From the NCBI RefSeq assembly GCF_963921235.1, contig NC_086108.1, forward strand, positions 79,300,001 through 79,364,000: 64,000 nucleotides of DNA. Direction: 5' to 3'. Positions 47,534 to 60,339 of this stretch are shown here, one piece after another (position 1 is the first letter of the stretch; each line of letters opens with the position of its first letter). Below the pieces are notes generated by a model. That model had not been told where the DNA came from, searched no databases, and saw only the letters and a program-made list of their open reading frames with translations. The position numbers and the translations under genes are program-made. The stretch comes from Mobula hypostoma. Lineage: Eukaryota.

Positions 47534-48876
47534 ACATATGTGCTATTGTACATCATGATGTTAAGTTAGATCGCAACAAATAATTCAGGACAAAAACGAA
47601 GTTTTACAAATTCAGTTTTTTGTGAATGTTTGAGCACCCCATAATGTAATGAATGTACTGTTAACTGGAAGGAATTAAGATAACTTAATAAGATTAATAG
47701 GTCTTGGGCCAGTCAACAGAGGGCATATACTAGCATGAAAAAAAAAATCTATTTAGAACATAGCATCGGAGATTATGACCATTGACATATGTCGTGAAAT
47801 TCGGTGTTTTTTTTGTGAAAGGGAGCAGAAGTTATTTCTGAAATAAAGGAACAGGTAAAGAATGACGTGAATTTTGTGCATCTTTAGAAAAGATGAGGTG
47901 GAAAATAAAAATGATTGCTGAAAGGTTAGACTGGCAATATCTGATCTAAGGGGGTGTTGAAAACTGTTCTTACCAGATATTTTTAAAATGCAGATTCCTT
48001 GTGCCATTTCACCAATTAAATCCATTTGAAATCACAAACTGATATTTTAAGGTGTACAATAGTTTGAAAAACATGTCAAAAATGAACCTGGATTAATAGT
48101 CAGAGAAAGAAAATAGATTTCCCATGAAAAGTAACCAACTGAGATGGTTGATGTGGTTTAGTAGTGTAAGATGCTGGATTAAACCTCCATGAAGACATGG
48201 GTTCAAATCCCTCAACTGCCATGTGAAAATAAGTTGTGGACAATTTTGAAAACCTTAGGAAATTTCTATCCAACAGTCCCGTGGAAAATAGATGAAATTT
48301 TCTTTAGGCCCACTTTTAGATCTGAAAAGGGCAAACATCTTTATGGATTTGGGAGAGCTAACAATGTGGTCTTCTGCTCCCTTGGCTATAGACCACTTGA
48401 GGCCAATCTCTAATAAGGTTAAAGCAGTCTCTGAAGACCCGATAGGTCTGGGTCTAAACAAGGCCTTAGTCAACTCTATTAACATATTGTGGTGAGCATT
48501 CGGATGATAGCAGATGAGAAGATCTTGTTCATCTCAACTGTTGGTCCTATTGCAACAAGCACAGTAACAGACAGAGCACCAGGGCTCAGTGAGAACCCAC
48601 TCAGTCACAGACAGGCGGGGAGGTGATTATTACACCCCCCCAGTTACATTCAGGGTGACCCACAAACACACAAGCAAACAACTGTATAACCTGAGTTAAA
48701 ATGTAACAATAAATGAACTTGAACATTTCACCATAATTCCACAAATGCATTTCAAAACAAGAACAGTGAGTAGTGCTGGCTGCTAGGAATGCTGGGGTGA
48801 GCTGTTGACCACAGCCCAAGAGAGCCACAACATATAACAATGCTCCTAACTCCTAAGCATGGTCATTATTATTAAC

Positions 48877-49399
48877 GCAAACAACAGGAATTCTGCAGAT
48901 GCTGGAAATTCAAGCAACATACATCAAAGTTGCTGGTGAACGCAGCAGGTCAGGCAGCATCTATAGGAAGAGGCGCAGTCGACGTTTCAGGCCGAGACCC
49001 TTCGTCAGGACTAACTGAAGGAAGAGTGAGTAAGGGATTTGAAAGCTGGAGGGGGAGGGGAAGATGCAAAATGATAGGAGAAGACAGGAGGGGGAGGGAT
49101 AGAGCCGAGAGCTGGACAGGTGATAGGCAAAAGGGGATACGAGAGGATCATGGGACAGGAGGTCAGGGAAGAAAGACGGGGGGGGGGTGACCCAGAGGAT
49201 GGGCAAGAGGTATATTCAGAGGGACAGAGGGAGAAAAAGGAGAGTGAGAGAAAGAATGTGTGCATAAAAATGAGTAACAGCTGGGGTACGAGGGGGAGGT
49301 GGGGCCTAGCGGAAGTTAGAGAAGTCAATGTTCATGCCATCAGGTTGGAGGCTACCCAGACGGAATATAAGGTGTTGTTCCTCCAACCTGAGTGTGGCT
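48877..49399 (-). mobile_element. Penelope-like element 3' fragment, same young family as 7387-8118
   Basis: Near-identical to 7387-7880; direct repeat TCATTATTATTAAC (48863-48876 / 49400-49413). Confidence 0.9.
48977..49012 (-). ncRNA. Minimal type I hammerhead ribozyme motif (PLE-associated)
   Basis: Identical 36-nt motif to 7449-7484. Confidence 0.8.
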
Positions 49400-51039
49400 T
49401 CATTATTATTAACCTCGTTTTACATTGATAAACCATGAATGAAATGAAGTTCAATTTCTGCTTCAATGATTTACATCACTTAATAGTTAGAGATTTGGAG
49501 CAACAATAATGGAGTGTAAATCTATGCTAATGTTTGTGATATTTGATGTCTTTACTGCATTCTAGATGCTGTCATCAGAATGCTTTCAGATTCAAAATGA
49601 ACATAGTTCAAAAGAAACCACTGCAATCCACTGTTTGGTTTAACTTTGCTGAACAATCATGCAGTATGTAGAAACCAAATTCTGGATACTGGAAGTTAAT
49701 TTTAGCACATCTTAGAATAACATTTAACATCTTTACACATTTGCATTCAATGAGTGAATATACAGACAAATTTAATCTCTACAAATGTCATTCCTCATTG
49801 AATTCATTTCAATGAGGGGAAAAAAACTAGCATAGGTTGTCTTTTAAAAAATTGGCAGCAACAGACAAGCTGTGCTTTCTAAAAAAAAAGTAATATGCAT
49901 AATCTGCCTGCAATGTCCAATATGAACACAGACCACATTTGGCAAAGCTTTCTGGTACTCCTTCTTACATGCAATATCATGTGGCTGCCCTGTTCATTCA
50001 ATTGCACGTGCACCTTACATTTGTATAATTTAAGATTTTGTGTGTGTATGCATTCACATCAAAAGTGTTATACATTCACGTCAAAATATGAAAATTAAAT
50101 ATGCACAAATCAATAATAAAAATCAAACCTGTTTTAAATCAATTTGTCCATTTCATACTTATGCTGCAATAATAAGAAAAGAGAATTGGACGATATACTT
50201 ATGACCTTCTGGGCCAATTTCTTTCATTTTAAAAGGTTTGTTTGATGGCTAATCTATTCAAAAAGTTCGATTATTAATATTTTTCACTGATCTTTGAGAC
50301 CAAAGTAAAATTGACATTTTTATTGGCAAAATCAGATCTAATCAAGACAAAAAAAAGCTAAGTTTGTAAGATTCCATAACAATATGTTATATACAAATTT
50401 TTTTGGTTGTTCTGCCATAATCATATTTACATAGAAAAGTTAACTATGCCATACTTAGGTAGACCTTTTCAATGGGAAGTGCATTAAGTTGATGTAATTT
50501 GGTTAACATACTGCAGTTTGAACAACAGCTGTAAATTTAGGCAATTCAATTTGGAGATAAGCTAATATGTTCCACGAAATTCCATGATGATTCAGGACTA
50601 AGCATATAACTTTTGACTTAACGTTAATGAAAATTTGGATGTTGACAGCGCTTGAGATTTTGTTTTATCTTTCGGAGTATTATGTGTCCAATCCCTGATT
50701 GCTTTGATTTGATTGTAACTGCTGGGACATCAGGTGGAATAACACAATTAGCCTCAGTAGTTCTGGGTCAAGAGGGAGCAGAAATCAATAATGGTCCTTA
50801 GCTGATCACTCTCCGATAACTACTCCTGGAAAGTCGCACTGCTGGAATGTGGACGATTGGCTGTCTGGTTCAACAAACAGTCTGCCAATGATACATTCTT
50901 ACAAGTAAAAGAGTTGTCATTCTGACATCATATTGAAGGAGTTGTCTGTCTGTAATCTTTATCCAGAATAAATGAAGTCCACTCTATATTAAACTTTACT
51001 GAACTAGTTAGGATTGTATTTTAATTTTAAGGAAAGAAA

Positions 51040-53790
51040 AGATAAAATAAGAAGGGAAGTTAGCCAGTAGTAAAAAAAGAGGATAATAGAAGAGTGTTCA
51101 GATATTTAGAGAGTAAAAAAGAGGTGAGAGTGGAATTTGGACTGCTGGAAAATGACACTGGAAAGGAAATAATGGGGGATAAAGAAATGGTGGATGAACT
51201 TAATAAGTATTTTACATCAGTCTTCACTGTGGAAGACACCAGCAATATGCCAGAAATTCGAGAGTGTCAAGGGGGCAGAAATGCATATAGTTGCTGTTGC
51301 TAAGAAGGCATTTGAGAAGCTGAAAGGTCTGAAAGTAGATAAGCTAGCTGGACCAGATGGGCTACATTTTTGAAAGAGTAGCTGAAGGGATTGTGGAGGC
51401 ATTGGTGGTGATCTTTCAAGAATCACTAGATTCTGGAATCATTCCAAAGGACTGGAAAAATTACAGATGTCAGTCAATTCTTTAAGAAGGGAGTGAACAA
51501 AAGCCAGGAATTTATACACCAGATAGCCTGACTTCAGTGGTTGGGGAGATATTGGAGTCCGTTACTAAGGGTAAGGTTTCAGGGGTCTTGGAGGAATATG
51601 ATAAAATAGGCCAAATTCAGCATGGCTTCCTTAAGAGGAAACCTTGCCTGATAAATCTGTTGTAATTCATTGAGGAAGTAACGGGCAGGACAGATAAAGG
51701 AGAGTTGGTGGATGTTGTTCACTTGGATTTTCAGAAGGCCGTTGACAAGGTGCCACACATGAGGCTGCGAAAGAGGATAAGGAGCCGTGGTGTTACAGGA
51801 AAGATACTTGATTGTCTAATAGGCAATAGCCAAAGAGTGGGAAAAAAGGTGCCTTTCCTGGTTGGCTGCCGGTAACTGGTGTTTTTTGACAGGGGTTGGG
51901 GTTGGGACTGCTTCTTTTCATGTTGTATCTCAATGATTTAGTTGACAGAATTGATAGCTTTGTGGCCAAGTTTGCGAACATTGCAGTGCGCATGCGCCGG
52001 TCGTGCATGCAGCCTGTTACAGCTGTTCCGACTAGTTTTCTTACATTTTTCTTCTTACTTTTTTAACTTACATTATTTGTTGTATTTTTTTCACAGTAAC
52101 ACGTTGAAGCTACACCCTCTCTGACATTCTGGTGGAGAGAGTTTTGTTTGGGTTTTTAGCGCTGGAAATAGTTACATTCGGACACGTCTCATTAGCGGGG
52201 CAGCAGTATGGTCGCGTTATTTATTCCAGGGAACAGCTGATTGTGCTTATGCCGGCCGGTTTAGCAAACAGAGCAGCGGACACCCCTGCTGAAATCTGGA
52301 GGAAAACACACAGAGGATGCAGAGGGGGATCAAAAAGGCGAGGAAAGAGGACCGGGTCGAGACAACAGAGACTTATGGAGAAGAGGAGTTTGGTGGGTAA
52401 TAAAATGGAAGAGTTGGTGGCGCTTGGCAGGATTCAGAGAACATTTCGGGAGAGCAGTGTTATGTGTTTTACTGAAACGTGGCTGCACGTGGACATACCC
52501 GACTAAAACTTTTCCATGGAGGGCTTCCAGACCGTTCAGGCTGACCGGAAGTGCACTGAGAGCGGTAAGCGTAAAGGAGTTGGGGGCTTGCTGTTCTGCT
52601 TAACAACGGATGGTGCAATCCTGGTCATATTATGACCGAGGAACGTGTTTGTAGCCCGGATATTGAACTTCTTGCTGTTGGATTCTGGCCATATTCCACC
52701 GAGATACAACACTGGGCGTCATGGGAGGCTGTTCCTGCCTGTGGCTATCGAACTTTTCAGCTCTTCCCATGGAGGGTCAGACACCCTGAGCCAATAGGCT
52801 GGTCCTGGACTTATTTCCATCTGGCATAGTTTGCATATTGTTGTTTGATTGTTTGTGGTTTTTGTATTGTTATATTTATGCTCTATTCTTGGTTGGTGCA
52901 GCTGTAACGAAACTCCATTTCCTTTGGGATCAGTAAAGTATGTCTATGTCTATGTCTATGTCTATGTCTCTGTCTATGTCTAAGATACAAAGATAGGTAG
53001 AGGAGCAGGAAGTGTTGGGGAAGCAAGGAGTCTGCTGAAGGACCTAAACAGATTGGGAGAATGGGCAAAGAAGTGGCAGAAAGGAATGTAGTGTAGGGAA
53101 ATGTATTGTCATGCGCCTTCTTGGAAGGACTGAAGGTGTAGACTATTTTCTAAATAAGGAGAAAATTCAGAAATCAGAGGTGCAAAGGACTTGGGAGTCC
53201 TTATGCAGGATTCCCTAAAAATTAACTTGCAGGTTCAGTTGATGGTGAGGAAAGTAACTGCAATGGTGGCATTCATTTTGAGAGGACTAGAATATTAAAA
53301 TGATGATATAATGCTGAAGCTTTAAAAGGCATTGGTCAGAACGCACTTGGAGCATTGTGAGCTCTCTTGGGCCCCTTATCTAAGAAAGGATCTGCTGGCA
53401 TTGGAGAAGTTCCCAAGGAGGTTCATGAGAATGATCTGGGAATCAAAGAGGATGAGTGCGCTTAGAAGAATGAATGGGGATCTTAATGAAAGCTATTAAA
53501 AGGCCTAGATAGGGTGGATGTGGAAAGACTATTTCCTAGGGCCAAAGGACACAGCCTAAGTTAGAAAATCATCCCTTTAGAACAGAGATAACAAGGAATT
53601 TCTTTAGATAGAGTGTAGTGAATCTGTGAATTCATTGCCACAGATGGCTGTGGAGGTCAAATTATTGGATATGTTTAAAACAGAGATTGATAACTTCTTG
53701 ATTAATAAGGGTGTCAAAGGTTATGCGGAGAAGGCAAGAGAATGGGGTTGATAAGGATAATAAATCAACCATGTGTAGCGGAGTAAGCTT
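51040..53790 (+). mobile_element. Decayed CR1 ORF2 and 3' end, interrupted at the KFA/DTK motif by a Rex element
   Basis: LNKYFTSVFTVED, GPDG, QHGF, DFQKAVDKVPH; gccaagtttgcga (about 51977) resumes as gatacaaagataggt (about 52984). Confidence 0.85.
51978..52981 (+). mobile_element. Internally deleted Rex1/Babar-type LINE: 5' end, endonuclease start, 3' UTR, (TCTATG)n tail
   Basis: YSREQL, RGCRGG, MCFTETWL, GFQTVQADR, NNGWC, CSPDIELLAV; tail 52924-52981. Confidence 0.8.
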
Positions 53791-53892
53791 GATGGGCTCT
53801 TACGTCTTGTTGACCTTAATTTACAATGTGTCATCAAAGGCTAGATACTGTTCAACATTTCCAGAGATTCCAAGAGCAATGCCATCTGACAC

Positions 53893-54215
53893 TTAGCTCT
53901 TGGTAGGGTCAGCCATGGTGGTAAGGTCAAGGGGGAGGTTCCAGACCAAGAACGATCCAACTAAGACCTCAACAGCAGAGCTGGTGGAAGGCGATGACAC
54001 ATCACAATGGCAGAGAAGGTGAAGAAATATTGCAGCAGTGAAAGATCCCCAATCATCTTGCGCTCCAGGCCAGCTGGACGCTGACCCTGATTGGTCAAGA
54101 CCATGTGGTGACTGCCAGTGCATCAGCAGCTCCACATTAAACAAAGTCCTGTACAGACATTCCCCATTGAGGGAGTCCTCCCTAACTTCTCGGATTAAGA
54201 CCCATGGCACCAGAA
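53893..54215 (+). mobile_element. RTE (Rex3/Expander-like) 5'UTR-derived fragment
   Basis: ggtagggtcagccatggtggtaaggtcaagggggaggttccagac resembles recalled RTE 5'UTR motif. Confidence 0.55.
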
Positions 54216-55734
54216 TATGTAGGTTTATGATCAGCCTCTACAGCCAAGACCAACCAATAGACAACCCCTTACAAGAAAACCATGCTTGACTCAAGCAATC
54301 GCACTTCTGCTGCTAGAAATTATTATCTTAAATTCTTGTTGTTGCTGACTGAAACATGCAATGTAGAGCTTACTTATTCTTTTACTCTAGATTAGAGCTT
54401 TTGGTAGCAATGGTCTTCTGGGCTGCACTACTGATGTTTGTTTGTCAGCATCTTGATAACTGACTATATAATCCCTTTTTCAAACTGCTCGAGCTAAGAA
54501 AATGCACGCTTGATACAGTTTCAGCACATGTAATTATTTCCTTTACATGCTTTGGTGACATGGAGATTTGCTGGAGCTAGGGAGAAAATTAAGACGAGTT
54601 TCCAATTTTCTTCTAATTTACAGAACTGTGTCACTAAATGTTTTTTAAACATAGGCCTTTGAGGGGTGTATTTTGAAACTTAACATTTACTTTTAGAGTG
54701 CTTTCTTTACATGAGGAAAAATAAATTGTATGTAAAACTTTATCGTATACCTATTATATTGTGTATTAAGGAATCCAAAATGACATCAGACACGTTTATC
54801 TTCAACAAGTCATGGAGCAATGTATTGCATAACATCAAGAATGGACCTGAGTCTGACCTAACCACAGCCAATCTGAACTCATTTGATGTAATTAAATTTT
54901 TTCCATATGTGACCTGACCCAAATAAAAGGTATCTACAGAAGCATGGAGAAAAGACTTGTTTGCACATTGTACTGATCAAGAACAGGAACACCAGCTAAC
55001 ATGCCAAGTCAAGCCGCTTGGCATATCCAAACTAAAGCCAAACGCCCACATTTTTATAATGGGTCCTCACCCTGAGCCAGGCCCAACATATTGTCAAGTC
55101 TTATCTAGGCTAAAAGTAACATAAATTCCTTGTTGGCACAATTGTCCCACTTTTGTTACTGACTTAACTCCTTTGCATTGATTACTTTCTTCTAGTGCAC
55201 CATGTTTTCCATACTGGCTTCCTTTCTCTGCTGAATTTTGTTGGGATCAGGCCTGATAGGCAAAGGATTTACCTGGCAACAACTATGAAGTGGAAAACAA
55301 TGATTTTTTTTCTCTGTGACCTTGCATCAGCACTGAAAAATCTTACAAATGTAAAAGGTTTTAAACAAACGTAGAGTCACGAAAGGGCCGAAGGAAGGAT
55401 AGAACAAAATGGAACGTTCTTAAAGTGGAAAGCAAACATGTTTTAAATAAAATATAAAGGATGAAAGTACTTAGAGCTGCAATTTGCAAGAACACAACTA
55501 TTTCCAGCCCCAGCTGCAGAAAACATGGAAGCCTGCAAAGTTGTTGATTTCATTGTGAGGTTTGTAAGGTGGTAAAATGAAAATGCTTCATTAAAAGATG
55601 AGGAGTAGCTCTCAAATTTTCATGGAGGTTTGAGACCAACAACAAAGAGGCTGGAGTGGGCTTACAAATGAAAATGGCCAGCCATCATAAGCTCTTTGTC
55701 TTATCTCTTGTCCCTTCATTGCTCTGGCTTCATG

Positions 55735-55905
55735 TCATATCCCCTGCCCTCTCATTACCTTGTTTGAAGTCATGTCTTCCCCCTCTCATTACCCTGCCAC
55801 AGGTCATACTCCTCATTAACCTGCCTTGGGAAGCCTCCCTATCTGCTCATTACCCTGCCTTTGGTCACACCCTCTGCTCTATCATTACCCTGCCGCAGGT
55901 CACAC
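55735..55905. repeat. Degenerate minisatellite, about 5 units of about 30-33 bp
   Basis: Recurring core ctcattaccctgcc...ggtca. Confidence 0.7.
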
Positions 55906-56374
55906 TGCATCTACCTCCATGTTTCCCTCCTTCTTTGCTTGTTCAAAATCTTTTATAGCCATAACAATTTCAAGTTCTGATCTCCATCATTAATAGTGCT
56001 TTGCCTTCTGTGGCCACTTCAGACTTTGCACAGCTTGACTGCTCAGCAAGGATAATTGGAGGTTCCTTTGAAAGATGAATTTTTAGCCCACTACAAAGCA
56101 ACTGCTTCAGGAGGGGACTAGAAGTTCTCCAACAAGTAAAGATAGGACTTCATATCATCAAATGCACCACATCGATTGAACCAAATTAATATCTTCAATG
56201 GTTAGCTCTGGATGCTGCCTTAAGGAATCGTAATTACTGCTGGAGAATTGTGCATCAGTCGCATTTGGCAGTGCTCAGATATGGTCGGTGTTCCCGTTGC
56301 AGTAGAACTCTATGTAAAATATCTCACTATAAGTTTTCTATTTTTTAAGTTCATTCCACATCTCATTTGGCACA

Positions 56375-56540
56375 TCAGGTGGCACTTTGCCGTCTCTTTA
56401 GCGTTTGTCTGTTTTACAAGGATGGGTTGCTAGTTTGATGGTCGATTTGTTACAGGTTTAACTCGTGCAAGAAATCGGCAGGATTTGAACCTGGGACCTC
56501 TTGCCCCGAAGTCCGGGTGCGGATGCCACTACACCACTGG
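56375..56540 (-). mobile_element. tRNA-derived SINE
   Basis: A box TGGTGTAGTGG and B box GGTTCAAATCC on the minus strand. Confidence 0.7.
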
Positions 56541-56594
56541 CACAGACTATGCTGTAAAGTGGGATACTGGTGTATGGCTGCCCAAATCGTGACC

Positions 56595-57350
56595 AGGCTG
56601 AATCTAAAAGCAAAACACTGGAAATCTGAGGTAAAAAAAATGGAAAATGTCAGCAGCACTAAAGAGATTGTGTAGCAGCAACGGAGAGAGCAAAACTGAG
56701 TTCATCTTACAGTTTGCATGGTAATTGGTCAACGGGGGTCAGCTGAAACAGTTGCATTCAATATTGAGTCCTGGTGGCTGCTATGACCGATGAAGTAATA
56801 GTCCATAACCACAGATGGTAAGAAATCTAAAGCAACACACACAAGATTCTGGCAAAACTCAGCAGGGTAGGTATGGAGAGAAATAAGCAGTTCGTGTTTA
56901 GGGTTAAGACCCTTCTTAAGGACCCTCCAACAGTATGTGTGTGTTGCTGAGGTAATATTTATTAACCTTCAATGGAATAGTGTGGAAAGCTAAAAGCAGA
57001 GAAGTCAGAGTGGAAGTAGGGTGGAGAATTAAAGTCCAGATATCTAAGCAACTCCCTTGTGGAGTGAATAATTTGTGTTCTACGAATTAGTTACCCAAGT
57101 CCAAAGTAAAGGAGACCACATTGTGAATGTCAAATACAGCACACCAAATCAGACGAAATGCAAGTGAATCACTGCCTCACGTGCAAAGGCTGTTCGGGCT
57201 TCTGGGTGCTGAGAAGGGAAGTGGTAAAAGACCATAAGCTGTGTTTCCTGCAGATTCATGGGGAAATGATAAGAGAAAGGGATTGGTTGTCACTGAGCTG
57301 AAAGTGACCCGAGGAGTTATGGAGGGAAGGATCCCTTAGAAAGTTGAAAA
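56595..57350 (-). mobile_element. Old PLE 3' region (GIY-YIG) with a nested short PLE terminus at about 56820-56950
   Basis: HVRQ*FTCISSDLVCCI*HSQCGLLYFG remnant; PLE tail sequence. Confidence 0.65.
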
Positions 57351-57564
57351 GGGAAGTGGAAGGAAAGATATGAATCTCTAGTATTTATGGAATATTACAT
57401 CATCTGTCATAGCAGCTAACAGGACTTAATATTGCATTTAACTGTTTCAGCTAACTAGTCTTTCTTCCATGTGAGAGAAATGAGCAACTTTCACACAAGG
57501 TTATCACCCTGTAGTACGAACTAAACTTTCTCTCTCCATAGATGTGGGAGATGGAATCTCAACA

Positions 57565-58657
57565 TTTCAAAGGTTCAAAGACTCAATTTATTAGCAAAGT
57601 ATGTATGCAGAATACAACTCTGAGATTTGTCTTCTCCAGATAGCCAGAAAACCATAGAAGTAGTTTAAAGAAAGACATCAATCACCCTGCACAAAAAGAA
57701 AAAGAAACAAAAACTCACAAACCCTAACCCCTCACTCGCACAAAAACTAATGGATTCCCAACATAGAGAAACAACAACAAGAACATCAAAGCCCAAAACC
57801 CCCAGCCCATCAATTGGCAACACGAAAGCATTGGTGAGAACAAGAAAAAAATCATAGAGTTGAAAGAGGCCAATATGAACTACAGTCCAACCCACAAATC
57901 TCTGAATTTTGGTGACATCTCTGAGAGCATCGGGACACTCCAAGGGCAGCGACTCAAACCAGTGGCCCTTCCAAGGAGAGGGCATGAACCAGCGGCCCCT
58001 CTGAGGATGGTGACACGAACCAGCTGGCCCTCCGAAGGCAGCGACTTGAACCAACAGCCTCTCTGAGGGCAGCGACTCAACCCAGCAGCCCTTCTGAGGG
58101 CAACGACTCAATTCAGTTGCCCCTCCGAGAGCAGCACCATGAACTAGCAGCCCCTCTGAGGGCAATGACTCAAACTAGTGGCCCCTCCGAGGGCAGCAAT
58201 GAACCAGTGGCCCCTCTGAGGACAGTGACACGAACCAGCAGCCTCCCCGAGGGCAGCGACACAAATGCAACAGCCCCTCTGAGGGCAATGACTCAAACTA
58301 GTGGCCCCTCTGAAAACAATGACATGAACTCGCTCTCCTCCAGATTTGCCTCAATCTTTCAGTCTTCCTCGATGCTTTAATTGGCAGGAAATGTAGCTGA
58401 TCATGACCCCTCATCTTGTCTTTGAGCTTCTCCTCATGATAGCTCGTGCTTGCATTTCTCTCCTGGCACCTTCTCAGGGACAGCAGAGTGCTAGCTCACC
58501 CGATTGAACGACAGACTGCAAGTCACAGGCTCCAACAGTTTCAAAAACAAAATTAAGATGAATAGAATAAGCCGACGACATAGGAAAACTGAAATGATTG
58601 ACCTTCTGGAAGATGTTGCCTGAGGAATCATTGTTTGCTGGCGCCATCTTGACCGGG
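57565..58657 (-). mobile_element. Non-coding non-autonomous retroelement (CAAGATGGCG 5' end) containing a minisatellite
   Basis: 5' cccggtcaagatggcgccag; 3' tail catacatactttgctaataaattgagtctttgaacctttg, related to 5150-5903. Confidence 0.6.
57942..58330. repeat. 31-bp minisatellite, about 12.5 units
   Basis: Consensus GAGGGCAGCGACTCAAACCAGTGGCCCCTCT. Confidence 0.9.
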
Positions 58658-59669
58658 TTCACGATTCATGATTCAAGTTTATTTATCATGTCTACATCAA
58701 AACCTACAGTGAAACGTGTCATTTGTGTTAAAGACCGACACATCTGAGGGTGAGCTAACAAGTATTGACATGCATACCAGCACCAACTTACTGTAGCATA
58801 CCCACAATGCTCAGTGTTCATTGAAGATTTTGAAGTCCTAAGGAATGTGGAGATTATTTGGGAGAAATCCCATTCATGTTCTGCATGGGAGAAGAAGGAG
58901 TGAGAGCAGAGTTGCAAGAGACAGAGGAAACAAGATTGAAAGCCCTGTCAACTATAGTCATGGAGAAACAACAGTTAGGAAAAAGAAAGACAGCTGAGAA
59001 GCACTGGTGTAGAAAGTCCGGTCATCACAGCAAATAGAATGGGGGTGGAAACACTGGGAGCTAGGAACAGAGACTTTATGGGATGCAGGGTATAGCCAAA
59101 ATTAGTTGTAGGGATTGCTGGAGGCGTAATGGATATTTGTTGCTGCAGTATATTGATGTGTGTGAATAATGTGCTTGTCTGCCTTTGGGTTGCCATTGTC
59201 CTGCCTTAGCAGCATTTACCATCTGTTGGAGTATGGTGGGAAAGGAGAATGAAGATGGGCCCATCCAGATTAATACTCAGGCTCAAGCTCCCTCTATATG
59301 ATAGAACGTAGAACAGTAGAGCCACAATGTTGTGCCAACCTTTTAACCTACTCCAAGATCAATGTAAGGTTCGCTCCCATATAGCCCTCCATTTTACTTT
59401 CATCCATGTGCCTGTCTGAGTCATTACTGTATAGCTAAAATGATTACAGTGACAACAAAGGGGTGCTTAAATTGAACAGGATACTGCCAGTGTCCCGTAC
59501 ATTGTTTAGAATGCATAATTAATTATAACAAAGTTTTGTTATTTCAATCAAATATCTACAGTTTTAAATAATCAGCAGGGCTGTAAAATGTCAACAACTG
59601 GATAAGGTTATCAACTACTTTATGGATGAAGTCCCATTTTCAACACAAAGGGAAGGAGTAAATCTGACA

Positions 59670-60335
59670 GATAGAACCATAGAACCATAGAACATTACAG
59701 CACAGAAACAGGCCTTTTGGCCCTTCTTGGCTGGGCCGAACCATTTTTCTGCCTAGTCCCACTGACTTGCACCTGGACCATATCCCTCCATACACCTCTC
59801 ATCCAAGTACCTGTCAAGTTTTTCTTAAATGTTAAAACTGAGCCGGCATTGACCACTTCATCTGACAGCTCATTCCACACTCCCACCGCTCTCTGTGTGA
59901 AGAAGTCCCCCCCCCCATGTTCCTTTTAATCTTTTCCCCCTTCTCCCTTAACCCATGTCCTCTGTTTTTTTTCTCCCCTAGCCTCAGTGGAAAAAGTCTG
60001 CTTGCATTCACTCTGTCTATACCCATCATAATTTTATATAGCTCTATCAAATCTCCCCTCATTCTTCTATGCTGCAGGGAATAAAGTCCTAAGCTATTCA
60101 ACCTTTCTCTGTAACTCAGCTTCTCAAGTCCTGGCAACATCCTTGTAAATCTTCTCTGCACTTGTTCAACATTATTGGTGACCAAAACTGCACACAATAC
60201 TCCAAATTCGGCCTCACCAATGCCTCATACAACCTCACCATAACATTCCAACACTTATACTCAATACTTTGATTTATAAAGGCCAATGTACCAAAAGCTC
60301 TCTTTACGACCCTATCTACCTGAGACGCCACTTTC
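59670..60335 (-). mobile_element. CR1 3' fragment
   Basis: QVDRVVKRAFG, RPNLEYCVQFWSP, QRRFTRMLPG, RGDLIE; (GGTTCTAT)n tail. Confidence 0.9.
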
Positions 60336-60339
60336 TCCA

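Noticed and set aside
57942..58330. Possible CRISPR array or repeat-protein ORFs (57665-58165, 58117-58380)
   Set aside because: Units are contiguous with no unique spacers, the context is eukaryotic, and the 31-bp period is not a multiple of 3
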